Translations under genes and position numbers: made by a program | The notes under the pieces: generated by a model | Database searches by the model: none | Told to the model about the DNA's origin: nothing | Seen by the model: only the letters and a program-made list of their open reading frames with translations | In this document: piece after piece, positions 8,417-17,652 of the stretch | Layout: every line of letters begins with the position of its first letter | How positions within the stretch are numbered: the first letter of the stretch is position 1 | Source: Pyrodictium delaneyi | GTDB taxonomy: Archaea > Thermoproteota > Thermoprotei_A > Sulfolobales > Pyrodictiaceae | Direction of reading: 5' to 3' | DNA: 32,000 nt | NCBI RefSeq assembly: GCF_001412615.1 | Contig: NZ_CP013011.1 | Location: forward strand, 30,001-62,000

Positions 8417-9184
8417 TTGATGATAAGCCTGGGGCGTGGAGAACCCGTCATCAAGCCCGAAGAATGGGTAAACGGCTCCAAGTCTCCATGTGACGGGGTT
8501 CTCCTCGCCTTTTGGGGCACACCACTCGACATAGGCAAAGAGATACTAGAAGATGTTGAAGAGGTGGATCTGGGAGGGGTACCTGTTCTCCGGAGCATAA
8601 AGGGCATATATAGGGGCAAGACTATCTGTATTGTACAGCTCTACTTCGGCGCGCCAGCCTCAGCCATGGCGCTAGAACTACTGATAGCTATGGGTGCTAG
8701 AGAGTTCATAGTCTATGGCGCCGCTGGCGCTGTGCATCCGAGCGTAAGGGTGTACGACATAGTAGTGCCAACATGGGGTGTAAGAGAGGAGGGAACAAGC
8801 TACCATTACCTACCCCCATACGTGGTGCCAAGGCCGGGCCAGAGAATAACCAGGATCCTACAACATGAGCTAGGCCGCACAGCCGAACGGCTGAGAGTAA
8901 AGCTACACACGGGCGGCGTATGGTCGACCGACGCAATCTTCCGTGAAACCCGGGACAAGGTCCAGAGGTACAGCTCCATGGGAGTCCTAGCCGTGGACAT
9001 GGAGAGCACCGCACTAATGGCCATAGCCATGTATAGGAGGGTCGAACTAGGCATAGCACTCGTCATAACAGATGAGCTACACGGAAAGGAATGGGGCATA
9101 AAGTGGAACGTACACGGAGACAAGGAGAGGAGAATAGAAAGAGAGGTAGTAATGGCAGCTATAAGAACTCTATCAGAAGCTTAG
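8417..9184 (+). CDS. Nucleoside phosphorylase, PNP/UDP-1 family (purine/uridine/MTA phosphorylase type)
   Basis: 255-aa ORF with the VDMESTALMAIA block (family EMES motif), GAAGAV, and a WSTDAIFRET-like region. Confidence 0.75.
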   Translation: MMISLGRGEPVIKPEEWVNGSKSPCDGVLLAFWGTPLDIGKEILEDVEEVDLGGVPVLRSIKGIYRGKTICIVQLYFGAPASAMALELLIAMGAREFIVYGAAGAVHPSVRVYDIVVPTWGVREEGTSYHYLPPYVVPRPGQRITRILQHELGRTAERLRVKLHTGGVWSTDAIFRETRDKVQRYSSMGVLAVDMESTALMAIAMYRRVELGIALVITDELHGKEWGIKWNVHGDKERRIEREVVMAAIRTLSEA

Positions 9185-9499
9185 GCTTGCTCCACTCCGC
9201 ATTATGCTTGCATTATACTTAGAGGTCAGAGCCACAGCAGCCCCTACCTAACCTATCCAACGCTATCGCTATACCAGATACCGCAGGACCACATACCGCT
9301 ACATTATCAGCCAAGTCCTGCAGGAGATGCAGCGCCAAACCACTGTTTAGGAAAGCCCGCACATGCTGCTGGTCTCGGCGGCTACCACACCAGAGACGAA
9401 GATGGCCTGGAGCGCTTGATAGAGCTGAAGGTGTCTACACCCCGCCGCCTTTAAGGCCCTTAAAGGCTGTGTGGTGGGAACTAACGGTGAGGAAGCTCG

Positions 9500-9826
9500 A
9501 TGGTAGACCTCATACTATGCGACAGACGCGTTACATGGCTTACCAGCGTCGATAGGATAGTCGAAGACCTCTATGAAGGCCTCAAGGCAAGGGACTGTAG
9601 GGTCGAGTGGACTGATGGGACTCTAGTAGCATCTTGTAGGGGCTGCATCCTCCGGGCACGTGTATGGGCCGAGGATGCATCAGAGATGGTGAGAGCGCTA
9701 GGCGCGCTCGCTGAGGAGGCGGTGAAACGTGGCTGGGGTGCTGTCGGATTAGAGGTGAGGATCTCTAGGGGTTGTGACTGGCTCTGCGAGGCCGTGTACA
9801 TACTACTTATGAGAGGAGGAGGCTAG
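9500..9826 (+). CDS. Hypothetical protein
   Basis: 108-aa ORF with no recognised motif. The antisense 76-aa ORF is low-complexity. Confidence 0.4.
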   Translation: MVDLILCDRRVTWLTSVDRIVEDLYEGLKARDCRVEWTDGTLVASCRGCILRARVWAEDASEMVRALGALAEEAVKRGWGAVGLEVRISRGCDWLCEAVYILLMRGGG

Positions 9827-9932
9827 CCATTACTCAAGTTTTGTAGCATACTGCTTCATTATTGCACTAGCCACGCTACGCAAGTTCCTATGAAAAATAA
9901 TAAGCAGAGCACAGCTACTATATGTAAGTACC

Positions 9933-11249
9933 CTACTGTAGGGCTGCATTGACCGCCTCATAGGCATTTATTATACCATAACCATATAGTTCATCGTAGC
10001 CTACGGCTCCGGCATCCACAGCTGTCACATGGAGTATACCTCTGATCGTTGATGTGTCCATATCAGTCTCCGTGCCGGGCGGTAGCAACGGTAGACCATT
10101 TGCTAATCTGGCAGCTTGTATCAGCGCCACTGTTCCTGAGACATGAGGTGTTGCCATACTTGTACCGCTTAGGGTCTCATAAGTGTCGTCGGGATAAGTG
10201 CTGAGAATATCTACGCCAGGAGCAGCCACCTCTGGGTTTCTGTTGCTCCAGTCGGGTACTGTACCGTTCTCGTCCACAGCACCTACAGCTATTACCTCAG
10301 GATAAGCGGCTGGATAGCTTGGAGTGTCGGCGCCCTCATTGCCAGCAGCGGCCACTATTACTATGCCGTAGTCGTAGGCAGCTTTTATTATGTCGTGAAG
10401 CTCTGGCGGCGGGTCAGGGCCGCCTAGACTCATGCTTATTACCTCGGGTGCATCGTCCTCAGGGTCGCCCACTATCACGCCATCACCGTCAGCGTCTATT
10501 ACACCATCAGGACCCTTCACTGCCATGTCTATGGCTATTATCAGGTCGCTCCACTGACCCATACCGCCATTATTGAGAGCTTTTATCATGTATACCTCCA
10601 CACCGGGGGCAACACCCACCACGCCTATGTCGTTGTCAAGAGCTGCTATAGTCCCCGCCACGTGGGTGCCATGACCGTTTATGTCATCGAAGTTCTCTGT
10701 TATCCTACCGTTGAGCACAGATATGCCCCACTTTATGTTGGCCGCTAGGTCCGGGTGATCCCTGTCTACACCAGTATCTATGATGGCCACCTCTATCTCG
10801 CTGTCGCCGTCACCGTTGACGTCTACGAAGCCGTTTATGCCTAGTGGCCACACCTTTTCTGCGTCAATGTAGTCCACACCCCAAGGTAGAGTCTCTGCTG
10901 GCTGGCTCTTCGCAGGACCACGCCCTACAGGAGGAGCATTTACCTTAACTTCCAACGTCTTTACTTCACCATCCATGGATACATGCAGTACACCGGGAAG
11001 CTTCTTCAGCAGGCCAACGGCTTTCCCGGGCACACTTACTATCGCGACTGGTGCTAGGTCTGCTACGTATATCAGCTTGCCACCCAAAGCTTCTACTGCA
11101 CGTGAGTTGAACTGAGCCTTGTCGATCCTTAGAATCAATGTAACTGACGACGATGCAGCATAAGCCGTTGTTAGCGGCATCATAACCGACGTGCTGACTA
11201 ATACTGCTAAGAGCAGTATTGATGCAACAATTCTTGTCTTCAAACTCAC
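9933..11249 (-). CDS. Secreted subtilisin-like serine protease (peptidase S8; pernisine/pyrolysin-like)
   Basis: 438-aa ORF with a GTG start preceded by GGGGGAGG (SD-like). It has an N-terminal signal/TM segment, a propeptide-like region, and the catalytic triad blocks AIIDTGVD (Asp), HGTHVAGT (His) and GTSMATPHVSG (Ser). Confidence 0.93.
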   Translation of the reverse strand: MSLKTRIVASILLLAVLVSTSVMMPLTTAYAASSSVTLILRIDKAQFNSRAVEALGGKLIYVADLAPVAIVSVPGKAVGLLKKLPGVLHVSMDGEVKTLEVKVNAPPVGRGPAKSQPAETLPWGVDYIDAEKVWPLGINGFVDVNGDGDSEIEVAIIDTGVDRDHPDLAANIKWGISVLNGRITENFDDINGHGTHVAGTIAALDNDIGVVGVAPGVEVYMIKALNNGGMGQWSDLIIAIDMAVKGPDGVIDADGDGVIVGDPEDDAPEVISMSLGGPDPPPELHDIIKAAYDYGIVIVAAAGNEGADTPSYPAAYPEVIAVGAVDENGTVPDWSNRNPEVAAPGVDILSTYPDDTYETLSGTSMATPHVSGTVALIQAARLANGLPLLPPGTETDMDTSTIRGILHVTAVDAGAVGYDELYGYGIINAYEAVNAALQ

Positions 11250-11630
11250 GATTCCTCCCCCTATATGGTTTTGCAGAACAGCTCTACTAAGATTCGAGCC
11301 TGCTAGACATTTTTACTTTTTATGTTTACACACTATATAACACGACCACGCCGCAAACCTTATGTTAATTGAGTTATCAATCATGTTGTGGGATTCGAGA
11401 AAGGTGCAAAGACCAAGCCTAAGCCATTCACAACAATTAGAGATGATTATTGCATGCCAGATAATTCGCGGGCTTGGGGACAATGTATATTAGCCGACTG
11501 AACGGCGTGATAGAAGTAACCCTCTGATACCAGTCCTACAGGAAGATTGCCAGAACACAGCACAGTACTGGTAAAATCTTAGAGGAGGCATCAATGGTAT
11601 AGTGGACGATTAGACTATATGATATGTTTG

Positions 11631-11708
<78 letters not shown>

Positions 11709-11806
11709 AGCCATTCCTGGCAGGCTGGAGTGGATCCCCGAGTGTACTATGCCGTTGCCTGGTGGGGTTCTATTACTCCTTTGCTCCCTAGGAGGAGTTA
11801 TCGGTT

Positions 11807-12640
11807 CTAGCTCTTTTCTGCTGCTTTTGCAAGAGCTTCAGCTAGCTCTAGGAGTTTTGCTTCGGGATCTTGTGCCTTCATTACTGCTGATGCTACTAGA
11901 ACGCCATTAGCGCCAAGCTTTAGGGCTGCAGCCGCATCTTCTCCAGTTGTTATGCCTGCCCCTGCTAGTATTGGTACATCCGGGTTCACCATACGCACTA
12001 GCTGTATAGTTGATGTCACGACTTCGGGCTTCGCTTTTGAGACTGATACTCCAGTGCCTATTAGTTCAGGGGGCTCTATGGCTATTATCGTAGGAGATAG
12101 TATTGCTACTGCAGCTGCAGCTGTTGGTGTATCTGCGCAGACAAGCGTCTCGAGGCCTAGCTGAGTAGCACGCCTGACTAGTACGTCTATATCACTCAAC
12201 CTAATGCGATGCTCGCTATGGTTTAACAGGGTACCCTTCGCGCCTGCTTCTTTCAAAGCCTCTAGGGGGAGGTAGCCGGTATAGGCACCAGGCTCTATCG
12301 GATCAGCGTGCTGCGCATAGACCACTACCTTGTCTGTTGATTCGCTTATTCGCGTGATCTCGGTAGCCGGTACGGCTAGTATGAATCGTACTATACCATT
12401 GTATTCCTCTGCGAGCTTCTCGGCTGTAAGTGCTATTGCTAGCCCAGTTTCGCCAAAGGCTGAGGGATAAGCCTTGTAGTTAACAGCTAACACTGGCACA
12501 CCCTTATAGTTCCTCGATGCTTCTCTGCGGGATGTATAGTACGCGTGGAGCGATGAGAGTAGAACTGTACCCATGGCTTGTACGCCCCCATGAGTCTTTT
12601 TAGAGGGCATACCCGCGTCGGGTCTTGGACGCCTAGACAT
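11807..12640 (-). CDS. tpiA: Triosephosphate isomerase (archaeal type)
   Basis: AVNYKAY, LLNHSEHR, IAIEPPELIGTG, SKAKPE and AGAGITTGED match archaeal TIM block for block. The first 22-45 codons of the ORF are probably not translated. Met23 (ATG 12574) is a likelier start. Confidence 0.92.
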   Translation of the reverse strand: MSRRPRPDAGMPSKKTHGGVQAMGTVLLSSLHAYYTSRREASRNYKGVPVLAVNYKAYPSAFGETGLAIALTAEKLAEEYNGIVRFILAVPATEITRISESTDKVVVYAQHADPIEPGAYTGYLPLEALKEAGAKGTLLNHSEHRIRLSDIDVLVRRATQLGLETLVCADTPTAAAAVAILSPTIIAIEPPELIGTGVSVSKAKPEVVTSTIQLVRMVNPDVPILAGAGITTGEDAAAALKLGANGVLVASAVMKAQDPEAKLLELAEALAKAAEKS

Positions 12641-12771
12641 CTTTCCATGGTCTACGAATAAAGCTTCTATTACAGAATATAGCTGTACACGATAAGCGAA
12701 GATACCTTAGGATAAGATCCGGTTGTCTTGTTGTCTCTCTTGTTAGTGAGGTAAAAACGGACAAGGAAGAG

Positions 12772-13929
12772 TTACTCGTAGGTCTCGCCCTGGGTTCTGC
12801 CCTGCCCAGCTTTAGTATAGTCCTTAGCTTCTACGAAGCGGTTCTTGAGCTTCTCTAGCACTTGTGGCATTGTAGTATACTCCATGTCCTCGGGGCTTAG
12901 CCTGTGCGGCATGAATGGGCCATGGCGTCTCATGTAGTCTGCTATCTGCTGTGCTAGACGGCGTGCCTCGTCGAATGCTGGGTCGTCGAAGAGGTCTACG
13001 GGGCCTATGAGTCTGCCCCTGGTCACGTTGAAGCCTAGCGCTACTATTCTGGGCGGGCCGTCGAACCTAGTACACTTGGCGTCACGTAGGCTTACAGGCA
13101 TTAGTGGGCCCCAGTGGCTGCCTCTCATCCAGCCTGCTACGAGGTGTGGAAAGCTGAAGGGTTCTAGTATCTCGCCTACTGCAGGGAATCCGCTCTGCGC
13201 ACGTACAATTGCTACGGGATCGTCCTTGCCCACATAGCGGCCTGCTATCATGTTGAGCTTCTCACTGCTTACCACAGCCGCTATCTCGTCGTCACGCTTC
13301 CTGTATACTCTCTTAATCACATAGCGGCTCGGCGTACCTATGAGCGCTAGTAGATCATACATCTCCTCAGGCGCGTTTAGTATCACGTATTTACCCTCAT
13401 AGAGGTCCAACACTTCAAACTTGAAACCGTCATGCATCTTGGGGTCGATCACGAGACCAGCTGTGTTGAAGGGGTCAGCGAATATCCTGAATATTGGGAA
13501 GTTGAATGCACCAGGCTCTGTCTTGTCAGCCATGAACACTACTATAGGCTCGCTCGGCCTCTCTTCGAACTCCATCTCTGCTACTCCCGGGCCTAGGCCG
13601 CGTACGTTGCCAGAGAATGCATCGCTTAGGAGGTCCTGGCCAGCGGCGTAGAGGCCTAGCTCCTTAGCTACTTCTGCAGCCTTCTTGAATGCGTCCCAGG
13701 CTAGGCCGTGTATGTCAGGATTGTCTACACCCTTGCGATGTGTCATTATTAGCTCTAGGTCGTCACCCACGTGTGTCACATAGTAGTCAATTATCAGGCC
13801 CTTCCTCTTAGCCTCTGCCAGGACGCGGGCGGCAGCAGCCATAGTGTCTGGGTGTACCTTGTGGTGGCCTGCAATGCTACCAATGTCTGCCTTTATCACG
13901 CTGACTGTTACAAGCTTCTCGTTGCTCAT
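12772..13929 (-). CDS. fbp: Bifunctional fructose-1,6-bisphosphate aldolase/phosphatase (class V FBPase)
   Basis: 385-aa ORF with the characteristic N-terminus VSVIKADIGSIAGHH, plus DDLELIMTH, MADKTEPGAFN and GWMRGSHWGPLMP blocks. Confidence 0.95.
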   Translation of the reverse strand: MSNEKLVTVSVIKADIGSIAGHHKVHPDTMAAAARVLAEAKRKGLIIDYYVTHVGDDLELIMTHRKGVDNPDIHGLAWDAFKKAAEVAKELGLYAAGQDLLSDAFSGNVRGLGPGVAEMEFEERPSEPIVVFMADKTEPGAFNFPIFRIFADPFNTAGLVIDPKMHDGFKFEVLDLYEGKYVILNAPEEMYDLLALIGTPSRYVIKRVYRKRDDEIAAVVSSEKLNMIAGRYVGKDDPVAIVRAQSGFPAVGEILEPFSFPHLVAGWMRGSHWGPLMPVSLRDAKCTRFDGPPRIVALGFNVTRGRLIGPVDLFDDPAFDEARRLAQQIADYMRRHGPFMPHRLSPEDMEYTTMPQVLEKLKNRFVEAKDYTKAGQGRTQGETYE

Positions 13930-14757
13930 AACCCTGGCACCAGGTAGCCTATCTTCGGCTCCGGTTGTATAAGCCCCTTTCGTGGCTCAACTACATGCTG
14001 TTATGTCTCATTAACAACACCACTATAGCTATAGACAATAGCTATAAGAGATTTTGCTAGATAAAGAAGATGGGTAAAGAAGAGTAGGGCAATACCCTAG
14101 GCTGAAGTAACCCTAGGCATCTTGTTATCTTTTATAAGAAGTACTTTTGAATATACTAGCGAGTAGATTTGAATGAAGTCTTTTTCTAATGGACAGGCGA
14201 TGAAACATGCATGGTGGGTGAGTCACGATAGCCTGTCAGGCAAAGACCTCTACAGTGTTCTGCAGCAAGGTATTTCATTATACCATATTTCCAGGTTAAG
14301 TGTTAGATTTCAAGCTTATAGTATACATGGAGTTACTGGCTGGTCAGGCGATAGGGACCTGGAGACATAGGTACTACAGGCGATAATCTGCTAACTATGC
14401 ATTGCACTGCACAGGATAGGCATAATAATAGTAACATAGCAGTTTGGCTGTCATGCAATTGTAGCATAATATAGTGTAAAAGTATAGGGATTCGCAGTAT
14501 AATTTCAGCAGATTATATAAATTTCTAAGTGAAGTATTACAAATATTGTTTCTGCGGTCTAGTGTTCAGTATAGCTAGTAACTAGTCTGTTAGAGCGTGT
14601 CTCAATATAGCAATGGTGAGGACGACAACTAGCGGTGGTGTTCATTGATCGGAGTGATTTAGATCTAGAAACGGGTCTTCGTCAGGAAGTTAATGAGGCT
14701 TCTAAGGGTTATAAAGCATGCTTCGATACAGGTATCTGAAGAAGAATTAATATGTGT

Positions 14758-15387
14758 TCATGTGCTTATACGTAGTAGTCCTCCTTGCTCGGCTAGCCTG
14801 ATTGCCTGATCTCTGCTTATGATTGTGATGGCTTGACCTATGGTTGATGCGAGTTCTTGAAGGGCGTATACGAGTAGGGGTAGTTCTCCCCAGATTCTTT
14901 TGCCTATAAGCTTCTGTGTTAAGCGGGAAAGCCGTCTCCCTATGTAGCGTGCCAGTGTTTTCAAGGCGTCCTCAACCCTGTTGACTATGTTTACTGCCTC
15001 TATTCTTGCTAGCCTCTTTGCGCCCCTAGTGTAGCCTCTTGGTGCGTAGAGGATGTACACTATGTCTCCGGAGGTGAAAACCTTTCCTCGCAGCTTGGCT
15101 ACGTGTTGACGGAGACGTCGTATCCTGCGTAGGAGCTGGCTTGGCGAGACAGGACGGCTCTCTTGTGTGCTCGTATAGAGTGCTAGTACTAGGGGGTTAC
15201 TCGCAGGTAGGTGGAGTGTGAGGACTGTTATTGTATAGTCGCTTGTCTGATCTAGCCTGGATACTCCGGCTAGTAGCGGGTTTATTATCCTCCATGCTGC
15301 ATAGTAACGTCTAGCTCCTCTTAGCAGAGGGAGAAGTAGCTCGTTGAGAGTTGCTAGTCGTTGTTGTCGCCGCTGTTGTGGCTGCAT
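14758..15387 (-). CDS. Arg-rich hypothetical protein (orphan)
   Basis: 209-aa ORF, co-directional with and 165 bp downstream of ABCE1. No recognised domain. Confidence 0.5.
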   Translation of the reverse strand: MQPQQRRQQRLATLNELLLPLLRGARRYYAAWRIINPLLAGVSRLDQTSDYTITVLTLHLPASNPLVLALYTSTQESRPVSPSQLLRRIRRLRQHVAKLRGKVFTSGDIVYILYAPRGYTRGAKRLARIEAVNIVNRVEDALKTLARYIGRRLSRLTQKLIGKRIWGELPLLVYALQELASTIGQAITIISRDQAIRLAEQGGLLRIST

Positions 15388-15504
15388 AACCCCTAGCTCC
15401 CATTGGGAGGGGGAGGTGTGGAATGATGGCTTTGTGGATATGAAAGCCTGCTCCTCCTGAAAAGAGATGTGTACCTGGTGGACCTGGTATCAGCATGGTT
15501 GTTT

Positions 15505-15536
15505 CCTGTCAGGGCGCATATCTTATCCTGTCAGGC
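15505..15536. repeat. Two copies of the near-palindrome CCTGTCAGG(C) spaced 22 bp apart
   Basis: CCTGTCAGG at 15505-15513 and CCTGTCAGGC at 15527-15536, between the ABCE1 stop and the orphan gene start. A third copy, CCTGTCAGGC, is at 14232-14241. Confidence 0.6.
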
Positions 15537-15552
15537 TGTACTCCCTATGGGG

Positions 15553-17532
15553 CTATTCTTCTTCCTTCTCCTCCTTCTCGCCAGGCCTCGGTATGTAGTA
15601 GTACTTGCCTAGACGTTTCTGCATACGGTCTAGGAAGCTGTCCTCCTTGTTTATCCGTGGACGGCCGGTCTCAGGGTCCTTCCGTATAGTTATGCCGAGT
15701 TCTCGTAGGAACAGATTCATTCCCTCGGGGAGTGGTAGTGGCTTCGAAGCCTTGCCGTGGCTTCCAGGCGTACCCGTGAACACTAGTATGCGGCTAGCTA
15801 TGTAGTCTTGTACGGCGATGTCGTGTTCTACTATTATGGCTGCAGCGCCGCGTGCCTCTGTTAGCCGGCGGATAGCCTTGGCAACAGACAGCCTCTCCTC
15901 TACGTCAAGGTATGCCGAGGGCTCGTCAAGGAGGTATATATCGGCCTCTCGTGCCAGTGCTACGGCAACAGCCACTTTCTGTAGCTCGCCGCCGCTAAGC
16001 TCGGCTATTCTCCGGTCGAGCAGCCTGTCTACTCGCAGCCTCCTAACAATCTCTACGTTGAGCCAGGAGCCCGGCGAGAGAGTGGAGGGGTTAGCCTCTC
16101 TCAGTAGCTGCTCGACTGTGGCGTCGCCTCCGAGATTTTCAGGATTCACGTACTGTGGCTTGTAGCTTATCCGTAGCTGGCCCTCGGGCTTGTCTATGTT
16201 GCCCTCGGCTGGCTCGAGCTCGCCGGCTAGAGTGCGTACGAATGTGGTCTTGCCTATGCCGTTGGGCCCGACTACGCCGAGCACTTCTCCCTCGTGGAGT
16301 TCGCCGGGCTCTGCTTCTAGGGTGAAGCCGTCTAGGCGTACTACTAGCCGGCTCCAGCCTATGTAGCGGCGGGTCTGCTGTACCTCTTGTTGCTGAGTGA
16401 AGCTGATAGTGTATTTTATGGGCTCGCTTCTTATCCTCATGTTCTCTGCAGGCAAGTAGCCCTTGAGGAAGTGGTTTATCCCTGTCCTGACGCCGTAGGG
16501 TTTTGAGGCTATACCGTAGACTCCCGGCTCACCGTACATCACAACCACGTGGTCAGACAAGTAGTCGAGCATAGCTATATCGTGCTCTACGACAACTACG
16601 TAGCTGCCGCTGGGCACGTAGCGGCGTATAACCCTCGCTACGCGGATGCGCTCACGTATATCCAGGTAGCTACTAGGCTCGTCGAACAGGTAGAGGTTCG
16701 CATCCTTGCTTAGTACAGCTGCTACTAGGAAACGCTGCAGCTCGCCGCCGCTAAGCTGACGTATATCCCGGTCAAGGAGGTGTGACAGGTTAAGCTCCTT
16801 GACTAGCTCCTTCCATATGCCGCGTTCATCCGCCTTCTCGAGGAGTGTGGAGAGCTTACCACGCACGCGCCTCGGAACCATATCCACGTACTGTATCTTG
16901 TGAGCAGCTCTTATCTTGCCCTCGGCTAACATCCTAAAGTAGTTTTGTAGCTCGGTGCCACGGAACTGTCTAACAACCTCGTCCCACTCGGGGGGTTTGT
17001 CCTCAACCCTGCCTAGGTTTGGCCTAAGCTCTCCCGCTAGTATGCGTAGGGCAGTAGACTTACCTGCTCCATTCTTACCTATAACGCCCAGTATCTTACC
17101 CTCGCGGGGTATCGGCAGCCCGTAGAGCTTGAACCCATTCTTCCCATAACGGTGTACAAGCATCTTCTCTAGCTCATCCGGCAGGTTGACAATGCTTATA
17201 GCCTTGAAGGGGCACTTCTTGACGCATATACCGCAGCCTATACATGTCTCTTCATAAATAACAGGCTTCTTTCGAGCATTGTCAATCTCTATAGCAGTTC
17301 CTCCAGTTAGGTTTACGGGGCAGAATGCTATACACTCCTTGTTGCACTTACTGGGCTTACAAAGCTCGTAGTCTATGACGGCGACCCTAGTCACTGGGCA
17401 GCCCCGAGCCTTCGGACAAGCCCAGACGGGCTCATAAGACTCTACTGAGACGCCTGCAGAGAAGCCTATGGTATAGCTCCTCTGGGGCAAAACCGGTATA
17501 AGGACAGAGCGGTGGCAGAGACCAACTACCAT
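15553..17532 (-). CDS. ABCE1 / RNase L inhibitor homologue (ribosome-recycling ATPase with an N-terminal 2x[4Fe-4S] domain)
   Basis: It has the FeS domain CKPSKCNKECIAFCP and CIGCGICVKKCP, plus two ABC cassettes (Walker A GKNGAGKST and GPNGIGKTT; signatures LSGGELQR and LSGGELQK). The first 46 codons of the ORF have no counterpart in ABCE1, so GTG 17394 (VTRVAVIDYELCKP) is the likelier start. Confidence 0.95.
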   Translation of the reverse strand: MVVGLCHRSVLIPVLPQRSYTIGFSAGVSVESYEPVWACPKARGCPVTRVAVIDYELCKPSKCNKECIAFCPVNLTGGTAIEIDNARKKPVIYEETCIGCGICVKKCPFKAISIVNLPDELEKMLVHRYGKNGFKLYGLPIPREGKILGVIGKNGAGKSTALRILAGELRPNLGRVEDKPPEWDEVVRQFRGTELQNYFRMLAEGKIRAAHKIQYVDMVPRRVRGKLSTLLEKADERGIWKELVKELNLSHLLDRDIRQLSGGELQRFLVAAVLSKDANLYLFDEPSSYLDIRERIRVARVIRRYVPSGSYVVVVEHDIAMLDYLSDHVVVMYGEPGVYGIASKPYGVRTGINHFLKGYLPAENMRIRSEPIKYTISFTQQQEVQQTRRYIGWSRLVVRLDGFTLEAEPGELHEGEVLGVVGPNGIGKTTFVRTLAGELEPAEGNIDKPEGQLRISYKPQYVNPENLGGDATVEQLLREANPSTLSPGSWLNVEIVRRLRVDRLLDRRIAELSGGELQKVAVAVALAREADIYLLDEPSAYLDVEERLSVAKAIRRLTEARGAAAIIVEHDIAVQDYIASRILVFTGTPGSHGKASKPLPLPEGMNLFLRELGITIRKDPETGRPRINKEDSFLDRMQKRLGKYYYIPRPGEKEEKEEE

Positions 17533-17652
17533 GGCTAGCTATGGGGAGTGGTGACGGCACAGAGCCGCTCCTCGGTTTAAGAACGTAAGCCTTCCATTCA
17601 AAAAGCCCGGGGAGCTAGGCGGTGAAGAGAGGCAAGGTATGCCGACGCTAGC

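Noticed and set aside
11507-11527. C/D box sRNA candidate (GTGATAG ... CTGA) upstream of the subtilase gene
   Set aside because: The C box is imperfect, the spacer is only 10 nt, and there are no C'/D boxes or terminal stem downstream.
13930-14757. Replication origin (oriC) hypothesis for the AT-rich spacer
   Set aside because: I could not find ORB-type dyads (TCCAGTGGAAA-like) or mini-ORB arrays; there are only isolated TTTCCAGG and CCTGGAG fragments. No orc1/cdc6 gene is adjacent. I keep it only as a low-probability option within the spacer finding.
17395-17532. 46-codon N-terminal extension of the ABCE1 ORF
   Set aside because: It has no counterpart in ABCE1 proteins, which start just before the first FeS cluster. 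Its composition is non-protein-like, and GTG 17394 is the probable start.
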